In this document: piece by piece, positions 21,680-29,473 of the stretch
How the letters are laid out: each line of letters starts with the position of its first letter
Numbering within the stretch: the first letter of the stretch is position 1
Source: an uncultured Bacilli bacterium
GTDB taxonomy: Bacteria > Bacillota_I > Bacilli_A > RFN20 > CAG-826
Reading direction: 5' to 3'
DNA: 64,000 nucleotides
Assembly (NCBI GenBank): GCA_944368975.1
Contig: CALVXI010000002.1
Location: 111,110-175,109, forward strand
Program-made: the position numbers and the translations under genes
The notes under the pieces: model-generated
Databases searched by the model: none
What the model saw: only the letters and a program-made list of their open reading frames with translations
What the model was told of the DNA's origin: nothing

Positions 21680-23815
21680 ATGGATATTATTAAGATTATT
21701 AGTCAAGAATTAGAACTAAGTGAAATTAGTGTAAGTAATGCAATTAAATTAATTGATGAAGGTAATACGATACCCTTTATTGCAAGATATCGTAAAGAAG
21801 TTACTCATAATTTAACAGATAATGATTTAAGAAAATTAGAAGAGCGATTAATTTATTTAAGAAAGCTTGAAGAACGAAAAAATACTATTTTAAAAAGTAT
21901 TGATGAACAAGGTAAGTTAACCGATGAATTAAAAGAAAAAATTGACAATGTTTTAATATTAAGCGAATTAGAAGATATATATCGACCATACAAGCCAAAA
22001 AGAAAAACTAGAGCAAGTATTGCTAAAGAAAAAGGTCTTGAACCTTTAAGTAAAATTATTCGTGAAGGAAAACTTGACGCTTATAACGAGGCTAATAATT
22101 TTATTAATAACGAATTAAAAGTTAATACTATTGAAGATGCAATTAATGGAGCAAAAGATATTGTTAGTGAAGATATTAGTGATAATGCTAGCTATAGAAA
22201 ATATATTAAAAATTTAATTGTTAAGTTTGGCTATATTAAGTCCATTGAAATTAAAAAAGATGAAAAAGATACTTATGGTAAATATAGTGATTATGCTGAA
22301 CTTATTTCTACCATTCCACCTCATCGTATATTAGCTCTTAATAGAGGCGAAAATGAGAAATGCTTAAAAGTTAACTTAGACTATGATTTAAATGAAATAA
22401 TAGATTTTTTATCTAAAAAAGAAAAAATTAATACTAATATAAATAAAGAAATAATGATTGATATCATTAACGATAGTTTAAAAAGATTGATTTTACCTTC
22501 AATCGAGAATGAAATCAGAAGTGATTTATTTAGTTTTGCAGAAGATAAATCAATTGAAATTTTTAAGAAAAACTTACATCAATTACTTATTTATCCACCA
22601 ATTAAAAACATTAAAGTCCTTGGATTTGACCCTGGTTTTAGAACAGGTTGTAAATATGCCTTTGTCGATGAATATGGAAAGCTAATAAAGGTAGGACAAG
22701 TATTTATTACAAGTAATAATGAAAATGATGTCAAAAAAGGGATTAATGAAATAACTGATTTATTAAATAATAATCAAATTGATTACATTGCTTTAGGTAA
22801 TGGAACTGCAAGTCGAGAAAGCGAAGTAATCCTATCAAAAATTATTAAAGATAATAATTTTAAAACTAAAATATTTATAGTTAATGAAAGTGGTGCTAGT
22901 GTTTATAGTGCTTCCAAATTAGCAGAGGAAGAATTTCCTAATCTTACAGTTGAAAAACGTAGTGCCATTTCTCTTGCTAGAAGACTTCAAGATCCTTTGG
23001 CTGAACTAGTAAAAATAGATCCAAAAGCAATAGGGGTTGGTCAATATCAACACGATATGGATACTAGTAAGCTTGATTTTGCTTTAACTAATACTGTTAT
23101 TGATTGTGTAAATATGGTTGGGGTTAATGTTAATAGCGCCTCAATTAGCTTATTAAAATATGTTAGTGGGATTAATAAGAATTTAGCTAAAAATATTTAT
23201 CAATATAGAGAGGAAAATGGTCCATTTAAATCACGAGAAGAATTAAAAAAAGTTAAACAAATGGGAGATAAAGCATTTGAACAATGTGCTGGATTTTTAA
23301 GAATATATGATGGAGATGAAGTTTTAGATAGTACAGGTATTCATCCTGAAAGTTACTCATTTGCTAAAAAAATAATTGAGATTTGCAGCGTTTCTTTAAA
23401 AAATGATGATATCTCTGATAGAATTTTAAAACTAGAAAAACTTAATAAAACTAATTTCATTAAGGAAAATAAAGTCGGAGAAGAAACTTTAAACGATATT
23501 ATTGAAGAATTAAAAAGACCAGGTAGAGATATTCGTGAAGAAGCTAAAATTGTAGAACTTAATAATGATGTTAAAGATATAAAAGATCTTAAAGTCGGAA
23601 TGATATTAAGTGGAACTGTTAGAAATATTATGGACTTTGGTATCTTTGTCGATATTAATGTACATCAAGATGGTTTAGTTCATATTAGTGAGCTTTCTAA
23701 GAATTTTGTTAAACATCCAAGTGAATTATTTTCTATCAATGACATTGTTAAAGTGAAAGTTATTGGGGTAGATGTCGACAAAAGAAGAATTAGTCTTTCA
23801 ATTAAACAAGTTTAA
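21680..23815 (+). CDS. tex: Tex-like transcription accessory protein (YqgF/HhH/S1 domains)
   Basis: N-terminal IPFIARYRKE motif and a C-terminal S1 domain (GMILSGTVRNIMDFGIFVDI). Confidence 0.9.
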   Translation: MDIIKIISQELELSEISVSNAIKLIDEGNTIPFIARYRKEVTHNLTDNDLRKLEERLIYLRKLEERKNTILKSIDEQGKLTDELKEKIDNVLILSELEDIYRPYKPKRKTRASIAKEKGLEPLSKIIREGKLDAYNEANNFINNELKVNTIEDAINGAKDIVSEDISDNASYRKYIKNLIVKFGYIKSIEIKKDEKDTYGKYSDYAELISTIPPHRILALNRGENEKCLKVNLDYDLNEIIDFLSKKEKINTNINKEIMIDIINDSLKRLILPSIENEIRSDLFSFAEDKSIEIFKKNLHQLLIYPPIKNIKVLGFDPGFRTGCKYAFVDEYGKLIKVGQVFITSNNENDVKKGINEITDLLNNNQIDYIALGNGTASRESEVILSKIIKDNNFKTKIFIVNESGASVYSASKLAEEEFPNLTVEKRSAISLARRLQDPLAELVKIDPKAIGVGQYQHDMDTSKLDFALTNTVIDCVNMVGVNVNSASISLLKYVSGINKNLAKNIYQYREENGPFKSREELKKVKQMGDKAFEQCAGFLRIYDGDEVLDSTGIHPESYSFAKKIIEICSVSLKNDDISDRILKLEKLNKTNFIKENKVGEETLNDIIEELKRPGRDIREEAKIVELNNDVKDIKDLKVGMILSGTVRNIMDFGIFVDINVHQDGLVHISELSKNFVKHPSELFSINDIVKVKVIGVDVDKRRISLSIKQV

Positions 23816-23844
23816 AAAAATAGCGCATTGAATGCGCTATTTTA
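23814..23844. terminator. Bidirectional intrinsic terminator (tex, and originally tRNA-Leu)
   Basis: 8-bp stem TAGCGCAT/ATGCGCTA flanked by A7 upstream and a T-run downstream. Confidence 0.8.
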
Positions 23845-23881
23845 AATTTTCTTAATTTTATCAAAAGTTTTTTATAACTGA

Positions 23882-23908
23882 TTTTTTAATTTTGGTGCGA
23901 GAAATGAG
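23882..23908 (+). repeat. att core, distal copy (orphan tRNA-Leu 3' fragment)
   Basis: TTTTTTAATTTTGGTGCGAGAAATGAG, identical to 37272-37298. Confidence 0.9.
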
Positions 23909-23983
23909 CGGTAATAATCAATTTTTCTTATAGAAAAATCAAATAAAATCGGTGTATTTTGTTAAAATTTTCATTAGAAAATT

Positions 23984-24283
23984 TTACTTTTTTATCAATT
24001 TTTTATCAATTTTAGCTTCAACAATTTCTTTTAAAATATTCTCTGCTTCGCAAAGATTTTTAAATTCATCATTTGATATTTGAATATAATCTAAATTTCT
24101 TCCAAGAATTGAATCAACGGAAACTTTTAAGTAATCAGCAATTTTGCAAATTGTTTCGAAATCTGGTTCAGATTTACATCGAACATAATTACTCATTACA
24201 TAATCAGGAATATTTAAAGCTTTACATAGTTCAATTTGCTTTATACCTTTTGCTTTTAAAATTTCTTTTAAATAAATTCGCAT
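23984..24283 (-). CDS. XRE/Cro-CI family HTH regulator (putative element repressor)
   Basis: GIKQIELCKALNIPDYVMSNYVRCKSEPDFETICKIADYLKVSVDSILG is a classic HTH_3. Divergent from the long + strand operon. Confidence 0.85.
   Translation of the reverse strand: MRIYLKEILKAKGIKQIELCKALNIPDYVMSNYVRCKSEPDFETICKIADYLKVSVDSILGRNLDYIQISNDEFKNLCEAENILKEIVEAKIDKKLIKK
23992..24014 (+). repeat. Two direct TATCAATTTT(T) repeats (candidate integrase arm-type sites, left arm)
   Basis: Same motif as three copies at 37213-37247. Lies inside the 3' end of the XRE gene. Confidence 0.45.
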
Positions 24284-24302
24284 AAAATTATTTTAAAAAA
24301 AG

Positions 24303-24381
24303 TTGTAAATTATATCGATTTTTATTGATATAACTTGTAAATTATGCTATTTTAAAGAAAATACTTGTAGTAAATACAAGT
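24303..24381. promoter_or_regulatory. Divergent control region with candidate operators
   Basis: TTGTAAATTAT at 24303-24313 and 24335-24345. Inverted repeat ACTTGTA-N5-TACAAGT at 24363-24381. A TATAAT on the minus strand at 24309-24314 overlaps the first copy. Confidence 0.5.
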
Positions 24382-24403
24382 TTAGGAGTTTGGAGGTAAA
24401 AAA

Positions 24404-24592
24404 ATGAGTAAAGCATGGAAGGGTGCAATCATCATGTTACTTGTGATTTTGGTTATAGGAGTTATTTTGAGCTTAGGAGCTGTTTCAGATTGGTTTAGAG
24501 CTCCAGTTGAAGAATGGGGAGCTCACTGGGAAGAAATCATCGATGTAATTAAAGGCTCACCAATTACTACTACAGAACCACCTGTAGCTTGA
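24404..24592 (+). CDS. Small single-pass membrane protein
   Basis: RBS GGAGG, TM helix AIIMLLVILVIGVILSLGAV, TGA stop. Confidence 0.6.
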   Translation: MSKAWKGAIIMLLVILVIGVILSLGAVSDWFRAPVEEWGAHWEEIIDVIKGSPITTTEPPVA

Positions 24593-24613
24593 TTTTAAAA
24601 GGAGTTTTAAAAA

Positions 24614-25516
24614 ATGAATAAAAAAACAAAAATTTTAGTTGGATCAATAACAGGATGTGCTTTAGTTCTAGGAGCAGTTGCTACTGGATTAGGTCTTGGA
24701 TTACAAAAACAAGAAATTAAAGATACATCAGGTATTGAAACTACAATTGTTGAAGCTAAAGGAATGAAGCTTCAATTAGCAAGTACTGAGCTATTAGAAA
24801 CTGGCGCAACACAATTAACTTTTGATTATACAATTTTGCCAGAGAACGCTACTAATAAAGCAGTAACAACTTCATTAGCTTGGTCAGAAGATGGCGATAG
24901 TTCGACAGATGATGATACTTTTAAAACGAGTAAGACTGTTACTGACTATGTTACAGCTAGCGAAGATGAAGTTGAGCAACAAATTACTGTTACTTGTAAT
25001 GAAGCTTTCGGATCACAAATTAAGTTGACGATCACTTCAGATGATAATCCGGAAGCTACAGCTGAAGTTAATGTTGACTATCGAATTAAGCGTACATATT
25101 CACTTGACTTTAGCGGTCACACTATTGCTAGTAATGGCCAATGGAGTAGTTTAGCTTCAGGAACTTATCAAGAAAGTGTCGGCACACTTCCTTTTGATGG
25201 AGAGACTTATAGCGTTAAATTAGAGAGTGCAGTAGTCAATTCATCAGTTAGTACAGCTTTAACAAGTTATACAGCGTTATTAGATGCTTTAAAAACAGGT
25301 AATGGAGCAAGTGTATTAACTGAAGTTAATAAACTTAGTGGAGCTGATTATAACACAGCAGTTACTACTTTAAATGCTCATAAAACTGATGCAGTTACAT
25401 TTACTTTAAGTTATGCAACTATCGAAACTAAAGAATTAGTTGCTGGCTATGATTTAGGAAGTACAACTACTAAAGTTGAGGATATTACAGTCGATAATCC
25501 TAATATCATATTCTAA
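24614..25516 (+). CDS. N-terminally anchored surface protein with Big_2-like Ig domain (paralog A)
   Basis: RBS AAGGAG, N-terminal hydrophobic anchor. ILPENATNKAVTTSLAWSED resembles the Big_2 signature. Confidence 0.75.
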   Translation: MNKKTKILVGSITGCALVLGAVATGLGLGLQKQEIKDTSGIETTIVEAKGMKLQLASTELLETGATQLTFDYTILPENATNKAVTTSLAWSEDGDSSTDDDTFKTSKTVTDYVTASEDEVEQQITVTCNEAFGSQIKLTITSDDNPEATAEVNVDYRIKRTYSLDFSGHTIASNGQWSSLASGTYQESVGTLPFDGETYSVKLESAVVNSSVSTALTSYTALLDALKTGNGASVLTEVNKLSGADYNTAVTTLNAHKTDAVTFTLSYATIETKELVAGYDLGSTTTKVEDITVDNPNIIF

Positions 25517-25530
25517 TTAGGAGGTAGAGA

Positions 25531-25614
25531 ATGGTTTATAGAAGAACTAGAAGAAGAAATATTACGCGCAAAACAACTAGAAAACCAAAAGTAATTATTA
25601 TCAAAAAATATTAG
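25531..25614 (+). CDS. 27-aa extremely basic micropeptide (MVYRRTRRRNITRKTTRKPKVIIIKKY)
   Basis: Strong RBS AGGAGG 7 nt upstream of the ATG. 12 of 27 residues are R/K. Too short for the ORF track. Confidence 0.45.
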   Translation: MVYRRTRRRNITRKTTRKPKVIIIKKY

Positions 25615-25700
25615 TAGTTGTCAGTGGGTTTGCTAGTTTTCCCGGCAAAACTAGCACACTGATGTAATTCTTAAGTAATACATTAAAGTGAGGTATTTAC

Positions 25701-25943
25701 ATGCTTAATAAATTAAAGAAAGAAAATAAACAACCAAAAAGAAAGAAGACTATTACAGTATTTGTTAAACAATCTATTAAAGATGGTAAGAATAAAAATA
25801 CTTCATGTAAGTACGGAAAATTTTCCAACAATGATGGAAAAATAAAAAAAGTTAGCGTTGGGCTTACTGATAAAGAAATGAAAGTTTTTGACGATATTTT
25901 GAATAAAGTTGATAACAAAGTTAAAAAAATTGAAGGCAAATAA
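25701..25943 (+). CDS. 80-aa lysine-rich basic protein
   Basis: RBS GTGAGG. About 30% Lys. Same strand as the operon; the antisense ORFs are F/L-rich artefacts. Confidence 0.6.
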   Translation: MLNKLKKENKQPKRKKTITVFVKQSIKDGKNKNTSCKYGKFSNNDGKIKKVSVGLTDKEMKVFDDILNKVDNKVKKIEGK

Positions 25944-25949
25944 GTTATT

Positions 25950-26324
25950 ATGGCTAAGCACATTAAATGGTTTAAAAGTATTTCTGATTTCTTCTTTCAA
26001 GATGATTTAACTACCGGGAATAAAGAAACTAAAAAATTAGTTACCGGTCATCCTATATTAGTTGTTGGAAAAGATAACAGAAATAATAGATATGGCTTAG
26101 TTTTAACTGGATCACCTTCTAAGAACAAAAAATATTACAAGTTTAAAGCTAATCCACGAGATGCATATTTAGAAAAGAAAATAAGAGCTGTACCTAAATC
26201 AGTTTTGCGAAGTAAAAGACCTGATTTATATATTAAAGATGTTGATAAAGAAGATATTAAAGAATTAATTAAAGAATTATCAAGCAAATATGAAAAAAGT
26301 CGAGGCTCATATTCTAAGAAATAG
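25950..26324 (+). CDS. 124-aa basic protein, function unknown
   Basis: Starts 4 nt after the stop codon of the preceding gene. K/R-rich C-terminus. Confidence 0.6.
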   Translation: MAKHIKWFKSISDFFFQDDLTTGNKETKKLVTGHPILVVGKDNRNNRYGLVLTGSPSKNKKYYKFKANPRDAYLEKKIRAVPKSVLRSKRPDLYIKDVDKEDIKELIKELSSKYEKSRGSYSKK

Positions 26325-26440
26325 AATACTTTACCGAATTAAATTCAGTCGCCGCTAATTACCAAGATTAGCACACCTCGATGCTTTTGATAAATATTAA
26401 TAAAAATAAAACTAAAAGTAAAGAGAAAAAGGAGTAAATT

Positions 26441-27826
26441 ATGTATTTTAAAAATATAAAACTTAAAAAAATACTAACATCAAGTCTAGTTACTGCTAGT
26501 CTTTTTGGTAGTTTTGGTATTGGATACTTAACAAGTCACTTAGTTGAAAAAAATAATAATTTATCAAGTGTTAGTAATGATTTCGAAACTGATTTTATTG
26601 AAAATGGAATTAAGCTTTCAAGGGTAAACGCTTATACTACAGAAAATGGAGAAAGTGTGCAGGAAGTTAGTTATAGTTTTGAACCAGCTAATCCATTTAA
26701 CAAAGGTATAAATAGTTATCTTCAATGGGGAAATTCGAATGAAGACAGCGATACATTTTATAGAGATAAAATAGTTGAAGATTATGTAACATATGAAATT
26801 AACGAAGAAACTCAAATAATAACTATTACTTGTTTACAACCTTTCGAAACAAGAATTAATCTTCAAATTAGAAGTATAGAAAATAATAATGCTTCTGCCG
26901 AAATTCATATTGATTATGCTACAAGATATAATTTTGTTATAAAAGCAGGCGACGCAACTTTTAGTAATTCAAACAACATTGAATTAATTCAGGATATTGA
27001 GGAAGATACACAAACTTTTACTGATGGATTAAATTCGTATAGTGTACCAGTCACTAACGATTCATTTGGTTCATTAAATTTAATTATAGAAATGGATGAA
27101 GTTATTCAATATGGATCAAAGTATAGAGAACTGGATTCTACTGTATTATCTGAAATTTTTAATGAAGGGAATGTTTATGAGTCTAAATTTAATTGCCAGG
27201 AATTTTATCAAAAATATTTATTACAATTTGTAGATAAAATTTATGGCAGGGGAAATTATTATTCGTTGATAGATACAAATCAATATTTTGGAGATGATAT
27301 TGATCAATTTTTATCATTTATTAATGATTATCTTTCGGGAAATGTTGATAAAGAAAAAAATATATACCTTGAAAAATCATACATCTCTACAGATGGTAAA
27401 CCTCAATTAGAATATGGTTTTTGGAGTACTGGAAATTATCATCACTATGAAAGTATCACGGGTAATAATGAGAGTGAAAAATACAATTCATTAATAACTA
27501 AAATAGTTGAATTTGGTTTTGCTGAAAGTAACGGTGATACTATTAATGATCGTTCTTACGAAATGTTTATTGAAATAATGGCAAATGCTTTAGCGAATAT
27601 AGATACACTTTATGAAGCTAATAATGATAATTCTAGTTTTTTAAGTATTTTAAATAATGCTGCAAGTTATTTTAAAGATATGTTTGTATTCGAAATTAAA
27701 CCATCTAAAGGTTCTACTATAAATGGTTTCGATAGTGTTAATTTAGATCTTTCATTTCGACTCTATGATCCTTTTAGATTAACAGTTCAAGATTTAAATG
27801 TTAATAACTCAAATGTAATTTATTAG
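26441..27826 (+). CDS. Exported/anchored surface protein with Big_2-like domain (paralog B)
   Basis: RBS AAGGAG, N-terminal TM. The domain aligns with paralogs A and C. Confidence 0.75.
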   Translation: MYFKNIKLKKILTSSLVTASLFGSFGIGYLTSHLVEKNNNLSSVSNDFETDFIENGIKLSRVNAYTTENGESVQEVSYSFEPANPFNKGINSYLQWGNSNEDSDTFYRDKIVEDYVTYEINEETQIITITCLQPFETRINLQIRSIENNNASAEIHIDYATRYNFVIKAGDATFSNSNNIELIQDIEEDTQTFTDGLNSYSVPVTNDSFGSLNLIIEMDEVIQYGSKYRELDSTVLSEIFNEGNVYESKFNCQEFYQKYLLQFVDKIYGRGNYYSLIDTNQYFGDDIDQFLSFINDYLSGNVDKEKNIYLEKSYISTDGKPQLEYGFWSTGNYHHYESITGNNESEKYNSLITKIVEFGFAESNGDTINDRSYEMFIEIMANALANIDTLYEANNDNSSFLSILNNAASYFKDMFVFEIKPSKGSTINGFDSVNLDLSFRLYDPFRLTVQDLNVNNSNVIY

Positions 27827-27835
27827 GTGAGTTTT

Positions 27836-28873
27836 ATGAAAAAAGCTTTGTTATTAATCCCAACATTAATATTAACTTCAAGTTTTACTTCAAATAATTT
27901 TAATTATGCTTTTAAACCTGAAATAAATATTAAAAAGATAAATGAAATTGCAAGTGATCCAAATACTTTAATTTTAAATTATTCAGTTAGTCCCATTAAT
28001 TATGAATTAATAAGTAATATCATTTTTGCACCTGATGAAAGTAGTGAAAACGATAATGATGAATGGAAAATTAACAAAGATGCAAATGATTATGTTGAAG
28101 TAAGTGAAATTACAGAAGATACAATTACAATTCATAAAAAGCAAGGGTTTGCGAGTCAAATTATATTACAACTCTTTGTAAAAGAGAAACCTAGCATAAA
28201 TACACAAATATTAATAGATTGCAACCCAATTGAAAGTTCTAATGTTTTAAGTTTTGATAGCAATTATGAAAAAGTTAATATAGCTTATATTAATTATAAT
28301 GAATCAGTTACTTTTGATAACACTACAAGTTATATAGATGAGAGTGGGTTGTTTGCTAATGAAGTCGATTTTGAAAATGTTAAATTAGAATTTGGTTATT
28401 CAATTAACTCAATCAATCCAGATCTAATTCCTGAAGAATATTATAATCCAACATTAAGATATATTGGTGGTAAAGATTTTATTGATTTATTCTCTGGAAC
28501 TAATTTATATAACGATGAATATTTTAAATTAGCTACTGACAATGTTAAGTTAAGTGATTTTCTAAACACTCAATCAAATAATGGTTTAACTTTATTAAAT
28601 GGTGGAGTAATCGATACAAATTTTTTAGAAGAAATCTTTGCTAATTCTACTAATTTTAATCAAGTAAAAGAAGATTATGGTTATTATCAAGAATATTTTA
28701 TAGAAGTTTTTAATAATCAAATTTATAGATACTACCAATATATATTTGAAACAAGCGAGTTAGCTTGTATGGTTTCAGATGGTAGTAGTCATAATGTTCA
28801 CAATCTAGACTCTATTATTAATAGTCAGGGGGAAGCTTTAGAAATCTCTTTTAGTATTTTTGGAGGCATTTAA
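27836..28873 (+). CDS. Secreted protein with related N-terminal domain (paralog C)
   Basis: ATG at 27836 follows RBS AGGTGAG, so the track's GTG at 27827 is less likely. Signal peptide MKKALLLIPTLILTSSFTS. Confidence 0.7.
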   Translation: MKKALLLIPTLILTSSFTSNNFNYAFKPEINIKKINEIASDPNTLILNYSVSPINYELISNIIFAPDESSENDNDEWKINKDANDYVEVSEITEDTITIHKKQGFASQIILQLFVKEKPSINTQILIDCNPIESSNVLSFDSNYEKVNIAYINYNESVTFDNTTSYIDESGLFANEVDFENVKLEFGYSINSINPDLIPEEYYNPTLRYIGGKDFIDLFSGTNLYNDEYFKLATDNVKLSDFLNTQSNNGLTLLNGGVIDTNFLEEIFANSTNFNQVKEDYGYYQEYFIEVFNNQIYRYYQYIFETSELACMVSDGSSHNVHNLDSIINSQGEALEISFSIFGGI

Positions 28874-28875
28874 TT

Positions 28876-29472
28876 ATGGAAGACAATAAAAAGAAAATAA
28901 TATCTATATTTGCTATAGTTTTAAGTTTATTATTGATAATAGGTTTAGTTGTTAGCTTATTTTTCATATATTATAAAAGCGGATCATTTAAAGATTTTTA
29001 CATTCGAGTTAATGATTCTGAATTAATATATGATTATAAAAACAATTATAATTTTATTCATGATGAAACATATAAAATCGAGCCAATTTATGTAATGGAT
29101 GGTAATAGTGATAATCATAAAGATGATTATACTGTTAAGGTAGTATCAAACGACAATAATAATACAAGATTTGAATTTAATAATGGAGATGATAACTATG
29201 TTTACAATAATATTGATTTCACTGACTGTTTTAAAATTCAAAAAGAGGAAGGATACTTCACATTCCAACACACATATCAAAAACTCGAAGAAGTAATTGA
29301 AGCTAAATATGGTGAAGTAACTTTTGAAGAAAACTTTAATATTGATTTAGACAATGATTATTTAAGTTTAGTTGTTATTTCTTATGATGAGAGTAAAGAA
29401 GTAAGAATTAATTTTAACGTCGAACTCGAACCTCAAGAAATAATTGTAAGTGAGGATCATTTAATTTTTTAG
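28876..29472 (+). CDS. N-terminally anchored membrane protein
   Basis: TM IISIFAIVLSLLLIIGLVVSLFFIY. Starts 2 nt after the upstream stop. Confidence 0.65.
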   Translation: MEDNKKKIISIFAIVLSLLLIIGLVVSLFFIYYKSGSFKDFYIRVNDSELIYDYKNNYNFIHDETYKIEPIYVMDGNSDNHKDDYTVKVVSNDNNNTRFEFNNGDDNYVYNNIDFTDCFKIQKEEGYFTFQHTYQKLEEVIEAKYGEVTFEENFNIDLDNDYLSLVVISYDESKEVRINFNVELEPQEIIVSEDHLIF

Positions 29473-29473
29473 T

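Noticed and set aside
24073-26815. Element ORFs 24073-24285(+), 25697-25963(-), 25803-26000(-) and 26618-26815(-)
   Set aside because: These are antisense to the XRE gene, the Lys-rich proteins and paralog B. Antisense of AAA/AAG-rich coding sequence gives F/L-rich pseudo-membrane ORFs. The sense genes have RBSs and fit the co-oriented operon.
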